From the NCBI GenBank assembly GCA_963729605.1, contig CAVSNY010000002.1:128001-192000 (forward strand): DNA of 64,000 nt, written 5' to 3'. This document shows, one piece after another, positions 19,841 through 28,717 of the stretch (the stretch's first letter is position 1; every line of letters begins with the position of its first letter). The stretch is from an uncultured Gammaproteobacteria bacterium (GTDB lineage Bacteria; Pseudomonadota; Gammaproteobacteria; DRLM01). The translations under genes and the position numbers were made by a program. The notes beneath the pieces were generated by a model that was not told the DNA's origin, did no database searches, and worked only from the letters and a program-made list of their open reading frames with translations.

Positions 19841-20368
19841 CTAATACTCCTTGATGGCCAGGGGACGGTCTTTGTTCGCCGGGCTGAGCTTGATTTCGAG
19901 GTATTTCGCGGTCAGGTCTTTTTCGAAGTTGCTGTTGAAGCTGTAATTGCGGTCCTTGCCGATGACGGTCACGCTGAGCTTGTGGTGACCCACCGCGACG
20001 TTGCCTTCATAGAGGCGCTGCACGCCGCCGCGGCGCAGGGCGTCCTGTTCCCTTTCTGTGTACAGGTAATTCACCACCGTGCGGTTGTCCAGTTGCAGTT
20101 GCACGGAGTCGATCGGCGTATTGTCCCGGTCGTCGAGGGAGAGGAAGATGTTCACCTTGGTGGTGGTGGGCGACAACAGGTCGTCTTGCAGGCGGAGCAA
20201 ATCCTGTTGCAGGTCGAGCATGTCTTTGCTGAGCGATTTCACCCGCTCCTCCAGGCTGCGGAAGTCCGGGTCCGGCTGGATGGTGAAGCGGTCGGGAATG
20301 TTGCCGTCGCCCAGCACTATGCCCGGCAACAAGGCCAGCAAAAAGCCGATGATTCGTCGTGTCAGCAT
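19841..20368 (-). CDS. Conserved exported protein (coiled coil plus beta-sandwich-like domain)
   Basis: Signal peptide, heptad segment and YLYTEREQDALRRGGVQRLY. Stop lies 14 nt before the giant TPR start. Confidence 0.75.
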   Translation of the reverse strand: MLTRRIIGFLLALLPGIVLGDGNIPDRFTIQPDPDFRSLEERVKSLSKDMLDLQQDLLRLQDDLLSPTTTKVNIFLSLDDRDNTPIDSVQLQLDNRTVVNYLYTEREQDALRRGGVQRLYEGNVAVGHHKLSVTVIGKDRNYSFNSNFEKDLTAKYLEIKLSPANKDRPLAIKEY

Positions 20369-20599
20369 GGTCACCCCATTGGATCGTTTTTTACTCTACC
20401 CCCCGCTCCGTCCGCTCCCTATGTCGGGGCGGGAACCCGGGGGAATTTCGTCTTGATAATCGACATAACCGGCTTCTCGGTACCGCGTTGCGCTCGCCTC
20501 GCCGGCCCGATCCGCGCACAGGAGCGGATTTGTTCGGGCCGGAAGATGGGCGCGTTACGCGGAACGGCGGTGATGAGGCGCAGGCGTGCCGCCGGTTAC

Positions 20600-21157
20600 T
20601 TATTGCCACTCACTCAATAATTGACGCAGCTCTTTTTCATACTCCGCCTCGTCCGTATCGCGATAACCTTTATGAAGGAAGCGCTGTTTGCCATCTTTAT
20701 CGACCAGCACCAGGGCCGGCATAAGGTCGATCTGGTAACGCGGCGCGATCATCTTGTCGCGGTCGATGAGGATGGGAAAATCGAGACGCAGACCGGCGGC
20801 GGTGGCCTTGGCCTGGCCCAGATCGAGGTCGGTGGCCAGGGCGAAGACGCGCAAGCCTTGATCGGCGTAGCGCTGGTGCAAGGCATTCAAGGCGTGCAGT
20901 TGTTGTTCGCAGGCGCGGCAGCGGTTTTTCAGGAAGGCCAGCATCACCACCTGGCCGCGGTATTCCGCCAGGCGCAGGTTGTCGCCTTGGATGCTTTTCA
21001 GGGTGAAGTCCGGCGCGGGCGGAGTTCCCGGGAGCGGGGCGGCGGCCAGGCCCGGCGCGACGATCAATAGCAATAACACTACCCCGGCGCCCCACATGCT
21101 CAGCGGGGAGGGTGCGGTGCGCGGATGTGAGTGTCCTGCTGCTGGATTCATCGTCAT
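20600..21157 (-). CDS. TlpA/redoxin-family thiol-disulfide oxidoreductase
   Basis: APDFTL, YRGQVV, CxxC (CRAC), FPILID and cis-Pro MP motif, with an N-terminal hydrophobic anchor. Confidence 0.85.
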   Translation of the reverse strand: MTMNPAAGHSHPRTAPSPLSMWGAGVVLLLLIVAPGLAAAPLPGTPPAPDFTLKSIQGDNLRLAEYRGQVVMLAFLKNRCRACEQQLHALNALHQRYADQGLRVFALATDLDLGQAKATAAGLRLDFPILIDRDKMIAPRYQIDLMPALVLVDKDGKQRFLHKGYRDTDEAEYEKELRQLLSEWQ

Positions 21158-21356
21158 TTAGACTGTGGGGTTTGAATCAATTTTTCGCGCGGAGCGGTAG
21201 GCGGCGCGAGTTCGCTGGTTGCAGGCGAAGGCCCGATGCGGTGGCTAAGGATAACACCAAATTCGGAACGGGCGTAAGCGCGGCGCGCCATCCGCCGCGC
21301 GAGCGCGTGTTATGATGCGGATTCGCTTAAATCAGCCCCAAGGTTGATTATCCATC

Positions 21357-22130
21357 GTGATCGCATCTACTTCATCGCCGCGTTTCCCCCGCGATTACAC
21401 CGTCCCCACGGTGGCCTTGCTCTTGCTCGCCGCGCTGTTGTCGTCGGGCGGCAACATGCCGGTGTTTCTATTTTTCAATCAGCCGGCCTCGCCCGCCGTC
21501 GCCGCGCTGTGGGCGCATTGGACGGTGCTGGGCGATGCCCTGTTGTTGATGGTGTTGACGCTGGTCTTCGTGGGCCGTCGGCCCGACGTGGTGTGGGCGG
21601 TGTGGATCGCCGCCATCGTCACTACCTTGGCGGTACATGGTTTGAAGCTCTGGCTGGCCGTGCCGCGCCCGCCCGCCCTGCTGGACCCGGCGCACTTGCA
21701 GGTGGTGGGTCAGGTGTTGCGCGGCGAATCGTTTCCTTCCGGGCATACCACGGCGGCCTTCGCCTTCGCGGGAGTGCTGATCTTGAGCCTGCGCCGGGTC
21801 TGGGTGACGGTCTTGCTGTTGAGTGTGGCGCTGGGTGTGGGTATATCGCGGATGGCGGTGGGCGCGCATTGGCCGGTGGATGTGCTGACCGGTGCGGCAC
21901 TGGGTTGGTTGGGTGCATGCGCCGCCATGGTCTTGACGCAACGCTGGGCCTGGGGCCTGTCGCTGACGGCGCAGCGCATCATGGCGGCACTCTTGGTGAC
22001 GGCCGCGCTGGTGATGTTATGGGGGCATGACAGCGGTTATCCTCAGACCGCGATCATGCAGCGGGCACTGGCCCTGGTGGCCTTGGCGGCGGGTACGCCC
22101 GGCCTGATCCGCTTGGCGCGGGGCCGGTGA
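21357..22130 (+). CDS. PAP2-family membrane phosphatase
   Basis: KxxxxxxRP (KLWLAVPRP), SFPSGH and SRxxxxxHxxxD (SRMAVGAHWPVD). Confidence 0.92.
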   Translation: MIASTSSPRFPRDYTVPTVALLLLAALLSSGGNMPVFLFFNQPASPAVAALWAHWTVLGDALLLMVLTLVFVGRRPDVVWAVWIAAIVTTLAVHGLKLWLAVPRPPALLDPAHLQVVGQVLRGESFPSGHTTAAFAFAGVLILSLRRVWVTVLLLSVALGVGISRMAVGAHWPVDVLTGAALGWLGACAAMVLTQRWAWGLSLTAQRIMAALLVTAALVMLWGHDSGYPQTAIMQRALALVALAAGTPGLIRLARGR

Positions 22131-22160
22131 GCCGCGGGCGTGCCGATTAATCTCCACCGG

Positions 22161-22244
22161 ACCGCCCAGCCGCCGGACGTGCTTTCTGCTCTATCAATCC
22201 AATCGGTCCGGAAATTTTCCTGGCGTCCTTGGCGGCTGGGCGGT
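22161..22244. repeat. Long-spacer inverted repeat between convergent genes
   Basis: ACCGCCCAGCCGCC (22161-22174) and GGCGGCTGGGCGGT (22231-22244) form a perfect 14-bp inverted repeat. Confidence 0.6.
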
Positions 22245-22268
22245 TTACGATTTTCTTAACGCATTAGC

Positions 22269-23144
22269 TCAAGACCCGGAACGGCGCTTGTGTTCCATCA
22301 TGTCGTGGATGATGGGGGTGAGGATGATCTCCATCGCGAAGCCCATCTTGCTGCCCGGCACCACCAGGGTATTGGGACGCGACATCCACGAGTCGTGGAT
22401 CATCTGCATGTAATACGGGAAGTCGTGCTTCTTGGGATAGCGGAAGCGGATGACGATGAAGCTTTCGTCCGGGGTCGGGATGTCGCGGGCGATGAAGGGA
22501 TTCGAGGTGTCGACGATCGCCACCCGCTGGAAGTTGATGTCGGTGCGCGAGAACTGCGGGGTGATGTACTGCACGTAGTCCGGCATGCGGCGCAGGATGG
22601 TGTCGACGATGGCGTCGGCGGAATAGCCGCGCTCTTTGTTGTCGCGATGGATCTTCTGTATCCACTCCAAGTTGACGATGGGCACCACGCCGATCAATAA
22701 ATCCACCCATTGAGCGACGTCGATGCCGTCGGCCACCACGCCACCGTGCAGTCCTTCGTAAAACAGCAGATCGGAACCGGGCGCGATGGGTTCCCACGGC
22801 GTGAAGGTGCCGGGGGCGGCGTTGTGCAGCGCGGCTTCTTCGTCGTTGTGGATGTAATACCGTTTCTGGCCCGTGCCGGTTTCACCGTAGGTGCGGAACA
22901 ACTCTTCCAGTTTGTCGAAGACATTGGCCTCGGCGCCGAAGTGGCTGAGGGTGCGGCCCTCTTTGCGGGCCTTTTCGACGGCTTCGCGCATGGTGGCGCG
23001 GTCATAACGGTGAAAGCTGTCGCCTTCCACCACCGCGGCCTTCAAGCCTTCGCGGCGGAAGATGTGCTCGAAGGCGTTTTTCACCGTGGTGGTACCGGCG
23101 CCCGAAGATCCGGTGACGGCGATGACGGGGTGTTTCTTTGACAT
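22269..23144 (-). CDS. prkB: Phosphoribulokinase (proteobacterial type)
   Basis: MSKKHPVIAVTGSSGAGTT, EGDSFHRY, LFYEGLHG, LEWIQKIHRD and QFSRTDINFQR. Confidence 0.95.
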   Translation of the reverse strand: MSKKHPVIAVTGSSGAGTTTVKNAFEHIFRREGLKAAVVEGDSFHRYDRATMREAVEKARKEGRTLSHFGAEANVFDKLEELFRTYGETGTGQKRYYIHNDEEAALHNAAPGTFTPWEPIAPGSDLLFYEGLHGGVVADGIDVAQWVDLLIGVVPIVNLEWIQKIHRDNKERGYSADAIVDTILRRMPDYVQYITPQFSRTDINFQRVAIVDTSNPFIARDIPTPDESFIVIRFRYPKKHDFPYYMQMIHDSWMSRPNTLVVPGSKMGFAMEIILTPIIHDMMEHKRRSGS

Positions 23145-23452
23145 AACGTGATCCCTCTTTAGTCTATAAATTAAAAATGAGATTAAGCCTTTTTATTGGA
23201 ATTCTGTTCTCGCGGCGCACGCGGCTGCTGCGGTGATTCGGGCGGGTTCGCGCGAGGAAACTTGTCAGGCCCGCGCGACCGGCGAAAGCGGCAAATTATA
23301 CTGAAGTTTGCCGTCTTGTGCGCGAGGCGGCGGCCGGGTGCGGCGGGGCGAGTGGAAAACGGGGGGACCACCGGGGTGCCCTGCTTGTAATTCCAGGGCC
23401 GGAATGCGATTATCGCCTTGTTTTTATTGAGCCGGGACGTGAGGGGACTTGC

Positions 23453-24055
23453 ATGTTGATGGCGCATAGGCAGGGCTGGACATGGGTGGCGTTGCTCGCG
23501 ATGCTGGGTCTGGGCGGTTGCGCTTCCATTTTTACTTCTTCTTGGGTGAGCGGTACCCAGGTGGATCGTAATCATCACCTGGTGAGCGCGTCCTCGGAGC
23601 CGTTGTTCGCCACGGTGTATTTCATCCGCCCGCAGACCGAAAGGGCCATGGGTTTTTCCGATAACGCCCTCACGGTCAAGGTGGACGGCCGCAAGTTGAT
23701 GACCCTTGAAAAGGGCGATTACACGCTGGTGTACATGCGGCCGCGGCTGAATACCACGGTGACCTTGGAGAATCGCACCGAGGTGGGGCCGACCAAGAGT
23801 TCGAACACCATGAGCGACGCCGATACCCCCAATTGGGTGCAGCGCGGTACCTGGCCCACCAAGATCATCGCCAAGAATTATCACTTTGATTTTGCCGCCG
23901 GCCAGAGTTATTTCCTGGTGCTGGAACCGGAAGACGGCGAATTCCGCGGGGTGCATTTCGTGGCCAAGAATGTCGATCTCTTTACCGCCAAGGAACAAAC
24001 CCGGCCTTTGCGGGCGGTGGGTTTGGCCGCCAATCAACCACTCGCCAATCTGTAA
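23453..24055 (+). CDS. Hypothetical lipoprotein (DUF2846-like)
   Basis: Lipobox LGGC, ATVYFIRP, VKVDG and AGQSYFL. GAGGGG RBS upstream of ATG 23453. Confidence 0.65.
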   Translation: MLMAHRQGWTWVALLAMLGLGGCASIFTSSWVSGTQVDRNHHLVSASSEPLFATVYFIRPQTERAMGFSDNALTVKVDGRKLMTLEKGDYTLVYMRPRLNTTVTLENRTEVGPTKSSNTMSDADTPNWVQRGTWPTKIIAKNYHFDFAAGQSYFLVLEPEDGEFRGVHFVAKNVDLFTAKEQTRPLRAVGLAANQPLANL

Positions 24056-24421
24056 GCCGCCGGTGTGAGGTCGAAGCCGCCGGTCCGCGCGAGGGCGGTT
24101 GGCGGTGACGTTGCAGGTCGCGTGATTAAATTCCGCTCAAGCTCCGCATCGACTCCGCCATTTCCCTTTGCCGAATACACGCCGCGTTGTATCCATGGTG
24201 GCCGCGGGGAGACCTTGCGTTCCTTTGATCGTGAGCGGTCGGCCGGGCGCCGAGTTCACGGAGGAAAAATAAAAATTTCGCGTCTTGCCGAAGTCACCCA
24301 ACGGGTGAGGCCGCCTAATGCCGCGGCATCCTGAGTCTCCGTGTCCTCCGTGCTTGGCATGCGGTTTTTAGATTGATACCGCTCGACGAGATTGGCTGAT
24401 GGGGCCGGCGGCGATGACGGG

Positions 24422-25120
24422 CTACGCGGTCTTTTTGCTGTGCAAGCCGCATTCTTTCGATTCCGGATTCTCCCACCACCAACGGCCGGCGCGGATGTCT
24501 TCGCCCACGGCGATGGCGCGGGTGCAGGGCGCGCAGCCGATGCTGGGATAGTGCCGGTCGTGGAGGGCGTTGTACGGCACGTTGAAATGGCGGATGTAGT
24601 CCCACACGTCGTGGTGGGTCCAGTCGATCAGCGGGTTGAATTTTTGCAGGCCGTTGCCGGCGTCCCACTCGGAGACGCCGAGGTCGGTGCGGGTGGGGGC
24701 CTGTTCGCGGCGCAGGCCGGTGATCCAGGATTTTTTACCTTGCAACGCGCGCTGCAGGGGTTCCACTTTGCGCATGTGGCAGCAGCTCTTGCGCAGCTCG
24801 ACGCTCTCGTAAAAGGCGTTCGGGCCGTGTGCGGCGATGTACTGTTCGACCGCCTCGTGCCTGGGAAAATACGGCGTGAAACGTCGGCCGTAACGGGCCA
24901 TGGCCGTCTGCATCAAGTCGTAGGTTTCCGCCGGCAGGCGGCCGGTGTCGAGCGTGAAGATTTCGATGGCGGGCGCGTGTTGGCAGATGAGGTCGGTGAG
25001 CAGCATGTCTTCGGCGCCGAAGCTGTTGGCGAAGGTCGCCGGCGCGTGCTCGGTGGCGATGGTGCGCAGCACCGCGACCGCCGCGTCGATTTTATCCTGT
25101 AAATCCGGGCGCAAACTCAT
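24422..25120 (-). CDS. cysH: Adenylylsulfate/phosphoadenylylsulfate reductase, Fe-S (APS) type
   Basis: SFGAED, LDTGRL, CC (SCCHMRKVEP), CxxC (SIGCAPCT) and C-terminal ECGLH. Confidence 0.93.
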   Translation of the reverse strand: MSLRPDLQDKIDAAVAVLRTIATEHAPATFANSFGAEDMLLTDLICQHAPAIEIFTLDTGRLPAETYDLMQTAMARYGRRFTPYFPRHEAVEQYIAAHGPNAFYESVELRKSCCHMRKVEPLQRALQGKKSWITGLRREQAPTRTDLGVSEWDAGNGLQKFNPLIDWTHHDVWDYIRHFNVPYNALHDRHYPSIGCAPCTRAIAVGEDIRAGRWWWENPESKECGLHSKKTA

Positions 25121-25190
25121 CTCAACACTCTCCACTTAAGTGAGCCTCTGATTTTATTCGGGGGTTCCCTGCGGCACATGGATGTGTCGC

Positions 25191-25283
25191 CATTTTCAAT
25201 GGCAATCGGCCATTGAAATGAAGGAAAGCGAAAATCCCATGTTTCGCTTTCCTTGTCCCGGAAAATTCCAGGATGGAATTCTT
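25191..25283 (+). repeat. Copy B of the dispersed triple-hairpin intergenic element
   Basis: Stems TTTCAATGGC/GCCATTGAAA, AAGGAAAGCGAAA/TTTCGCTTTCCTT and AATTCCA/TGGAATT. Confidence 0.8.
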
Positions 25284-25417
25284 CGGGGCCTCTTGAGAAC
25301 CGCCGCCCCCGCAGTGGCCGGCGCTCCCGACGCGGGAAACGCGGCGAGGCGGTATTCTCGCCGATGCCGAGCCGCGTCAATGCGGCAGCCCACCGCCGCT
25401 CGGATGTCCGCGCCGCT

Positions 25418-27733
25418 TCAGCCCACCGACGCGTTCACCTCGTCGGCCGCTTTGCGGACCTTGATGCGGGTGGCGGTGCCTTGTTCCTCGAAGCTGACGA
25501 TCTCGTGGCCGTCGCTCTTGAGGCTGGAACGCACTTGCAGCGAAGGATCGCCGGACACGAACAGGAACTCCACTTCATCGCCGGCGCCGAACTTGCGCAG
25601 TTCGTTGCGGGCCTTGATGTAGTGCAGCGGGCAGCCGTAGCCGGTGAGGTCGATCACCGCCGCGGCGTTTTTCTTGGCGGCCGCGATGTTGGCGGGCAAC
25701 GACGCCGACAGGTCCAATTGGCGGTCGATGGTTTGGCAGGTCTCCGCCGCGGCGACCATCCACTCGTCCATGGCCCGCGAGAATTTGGCGAAGCTGTCGA
25801 CATCGGCCTCGTCGCGCTGGATTTTCAACTCGGCGTTGAATTGCTCCAATTGATCGGCGAGGGTCGCGCTTTGCGGCAGGTGCGCGCGGATCGCGGCGGC
25901 GATCTCGTTGAGGTCGGTGAGGGCCTTTTGCCCGGCGAGGAACAGCAGGGACTGGCCGATCAGGCGCAATGTGTGCTCGGCGCACTCGGCCGCTTCTTCG
26001 TATTTGCGTTGCAGGCCGAAGGCGTTGCGGTAGCTGCGTTCGTGGGCGGCCTCGGCGAAGTTGGAGGAGACCAGTTCCTGGGCCGCGCCGGCGCATTCGC
26101 CGCCGCCCAATTGCAGCACTTTGAACGAATCGGCCTCGCCGTGATCGCGGGCGACGCTCGCCAGTTCACTTTCCGCCACCGAGCACAACTCGGCCAGCAG
26201 GGTGTTGAAATAACCGGCCGGCTGGCGATGGGTCCACTGGAAGAAGCTCTCGTCGTTTTGGCGCGACGCGGCATAGGTGTCTTGCACCCGTTTCACCGCG
26301 CTTTCGATGCGGGCCGCCGGGACGGTCGGGCCCTTGATGGCCAAGGCGCCGCCGCCGCGGCCGTCGCCGCCGAAATAGGTTTGATAGTGCGGGATCAGTT
26401 TGCCGTGCAGACGCTTGCCTTCGCCGTAAATGCCGATGTCGCCGGTCTCCGGCTGGGCGCAGCCGTTGTGGCAACCGCTGGCGCGGATGCGCAGGTCGTG
26501 GACGCCACCATCGAGTTTGAGTCCGATGGTCTTCGACGAGGTGATGCCCAGGCGGCAGGTGGACGTGCCGGGGCAGGCCACCACATTGTCGCCGGTGACG
26601 GGTTCGCCGAGGCCGAGCGCGGTGACGGCGCTGCGCACCCGCGCGATCTGGGCGGTGGGCACATTGATCAGCATCAATTTTTGATCTTGCGTGGCGCGGA
26701 TCTCCGCGAGTCCCAACTCCTGCATGAGGGCGGCGAGGCCGCGCAGTTGCGGCGAGTTGATGTCGCCGATCGGCACGCTGATCGGAAAGACATGGAGGCC
26801 CGCTTGTTTCTGCGGGAACACGCGGCGCGGCGCGCCGGCGGTGGGGATTTCGCCAGTGGTGGCGCCGGCGGCCCACTGGCCTTGCGGATAGGGCTGGCCT
26901 TCATAGGCGGTGCGGGTGCGCGCCAGTTCTTCGCGGTATTTTTCCACGAAGCCTTCCGGGCCGAATTTGTCGACCAGGAATTTGATGCGGGCCTTGGCGC
27001 GGCGCTTGCGGTCGGAGTAACGGTTGTGCAGGGAGATCAGCGCCTCCATGCAGGGCAGCAGCTCGTTTTCCTCGACGAATTCTTCCACGGTGATGGCGTG
27101 GTGCGGCTTATGGCCGAGGCCGCCGCCCGCGAGGATTTTGAAACCGAAGCGGCCGTTTTTATTCACGGCGACCACGCCGAGGTCGTGCATCAGGCCCTGC
27201 GCGCAATCGGTCTCGCAGGCGGAGAAGCTCATCTTGAATTTACGCGGCAAATGCTGAGTCAGCGGATGGCGCAGGAAACGGTTGACCGCCGCTTCCATAT
27301 GAGTGGTGACGTCGGTGTGCTGACGGGGGCACATGCCGGTCAACGGGCAGGCGGTGACGTTGCGTACGGTGTTGCCGCAGGCCTCGCGGGTGGTGAGCCC
27401 GGCCGCGCCGAGACGGCGCATGGCGGCGGCGGTGTCCTTGGTGGGCACGTAGTGGACTTGGATGTCCTGGCGGGTGGTGATGTGCACCACGTCGTGCTGG
27501 GCGTATTGATCGAGGATGTCGGCGATCGCCACCATCTGTTCCGCGTCGAGGGCGCCGCCGGGGAGTTTGACGCGGATCATGTGCACGCCGTCCTGGCGTT
27601 GGCCGTAGATGCCGTGTTGCAGGCGGAAGGCCATGAAGCGGTCCGGGTCCATCTGGCCGCCGACGAAGGCCTGCACGCCCTCTTCGTAACGGTCGATCTC
27701 TTCGTGGTTGACCAGATTTCTAACAATACTCAT
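25418..27733 (-). CDS. Siroheme sulfite/nitrite reductase with a C-terminal helical domain and TusA/SirA-like sulfur-carrier domain
   Basis: RLQHGIYGQRQ, HITTRQDIQ, RNVTACP, LPRKFK, siroheme/4Fe-4S ligands CPGTSTC and SGCHNGC, and C-terminal IDLTGYGCPLHYIKA. Confidence 0.9.
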   Translation of the reverse strand: MSIVRNLVNHEEIDRYEEGVQAFVGGQMDPDRFMAFRLQHGIYGQRQDGVHMIRVKLPGGALDAEQMVAIADILDQYAQHDVVHITTRQDIQVHYVPTKDTAAAMRRLGAAGLTTREACGNTVRNVTACPLTGMCPRQHTDVTTHMEAAVNRFLRHPLTQHLPRKFKMSFSACETDCAQGLMHDLGVVAVNKNGRFGFKILAGGGLGHKPHHAITVEEFVEENELLPCMEALISLHNRYSDRKRRAKARIKFLVDKFGPEGFVEKYREELARTRTAYEGQPYPQGQWAAGATTGEIPTAGAPRRVFPQKQAGLHVFPISVPIGDINSPQLRGLAALMQELGLAEIRATQDQKLMLINVPTAQIARVRSAVTALGLGEPVTGDNVVACPGTSTCRLGITSSKTIGLKLDGGVHDLRIRASGCHNGCAQPETGDIGIYGEGKRLHGKLIPHYQTYFGGDGRGGGALAIKGPTVPAARIESAVKRVQDTYAASRQNDESFFQWTHRQPAGYFNTLLAELCSVAESELASVARDHGEADSFKVLQLGGGECAGAAQELVSSNFAEAAHERSYRNAFGLQRKYEEAAECAEHTLRLIGQSLLFLAGQKALTDLNEIAAAIRAHLPQSATLADQLEQFNAELKIQRDEADVDSFAKFSRAMDEWMVAAAETCQTIDRQLDLSASLPANIAAAKKNAAAVIDLTGYGCPLHYIKARNELRKFGAGDEVEFLFVSGDPSLQVRSSLKSDGHEIVSFEEQGTATRIKVRKAADEVNASVG

Positions 27734-27790
27734 CGCAATACACTCCCGCGCTATTCGATATATTGAGCGCTACCTGTCTATGGGCACTAC

Positions 27791-28580
27791 CTACCAAACG
27801 AATTTTACCCCGATTAGCATGAGCATGCTTGCCAAAATGGGGCGCATTACCTTTTCCGGCACATGGTGGCTCAGCCGGCTGCCGAGATAAATACCCGGCA
27901 AGGAGCCGGGCAGCAAACTGCCCAGCAGTACAAAATCCACGGTTCCCATGTGGAGGTGACCCAGGCCGGCCACCGCGGTGAGCGGCACGGCATGGGCGAT
28001 GTCCGTGCCCACGATCCGTACGGTCGGCAGGCCTGGATCCAGAAAAAACAATATCGCCGCACCGAGGGCGCCGGCACCCACCGAGGTCAGCGTGACCAAT
28101 ATGCCTAACACCACACCGGCGGCAATCGTGATCGCCTCGCGCCACCGTTTCCATGCCGATAATTTTTGGCTGCTCAGGCGTTGCCCCAATTGCTGAAATT
28201 CGCCCTTGAAAAGCAAGGCGATGGAAGTCAGGATCAGGGCAAGACCCAGGGCGGTGGTAATAATAGTGTTTAGCCGTTCATTATGCACGCCTATTTGCTG
28301 TACCCCGTACGTGGTCAGCAGAGAGGCGGGAACGCTCCCCGCCGCCAATAAGCCCACGATCCGCCATTCTATGGTCTTCAGGCGGGAATGAATCCATACC
28401 CCGCCGGACTTGGTGATGGCGGCGAACAAGAGGTCGGTGCCCGCGGCCTTGACCGGCGGGATGCCAAACACGAATACCAGCAGAGGCGTCATGAGCGAAC
28501 CGCCGCCGACCCCCGGTGAGGCCTGCTAAGGCTCCGACTAATAATCTTGAAAGCGTGTCGCCCAATCCATAAAACTCCAT
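27791..28580 (-). pseudogene. TauE/SafE (TSUP) sulfur-compound transporter interrupted by a 1-nt frameshift
   Basis: N-terminal LLVGALAGLTG is in one frame and VGGGSLMTPLL...GTDLLFAAITK...TSVGAGALG...VGTDIAHAVP in another. One extra G lies in the G5 run (C run at 28510-28514 on +). Confidence 0.75.
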
Positions 28581-28717
28581 GCCGAATCGCGGTCGTGCAG
28601 CCCCGCCACCGCGAATTTCGCGGGGGCTTAAGCCTGGGGGTGGCTACTCTAACAAGCCTTGTATATCGTGAAAAATAATATAATATTCTAAAAATATCTT
28701 TTTGAGTTATATGAATT
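28581..28717. promoter_or_regulatory. Divergent control region between the cys cluster and cysB/cbl
   Basis: Very AT-rich tract (about 28660-28717) between divergent starts, typical of LysR-controlled divergons. Exact sites not resolved. Confidence 0.5.

Noticed and set aside
19841-20368. Possible transcriptional regulator at the head of the TPR cluster
   Set aside because: It has a signal peptide and no helix-turn-helix, so it is treated as an exported structural component.
25253-27766. 837-aa plus-strand ORF
   Set aside because: Antisense shadow of the sulfite reductase gene, which carries all family motifs on the minus strand.
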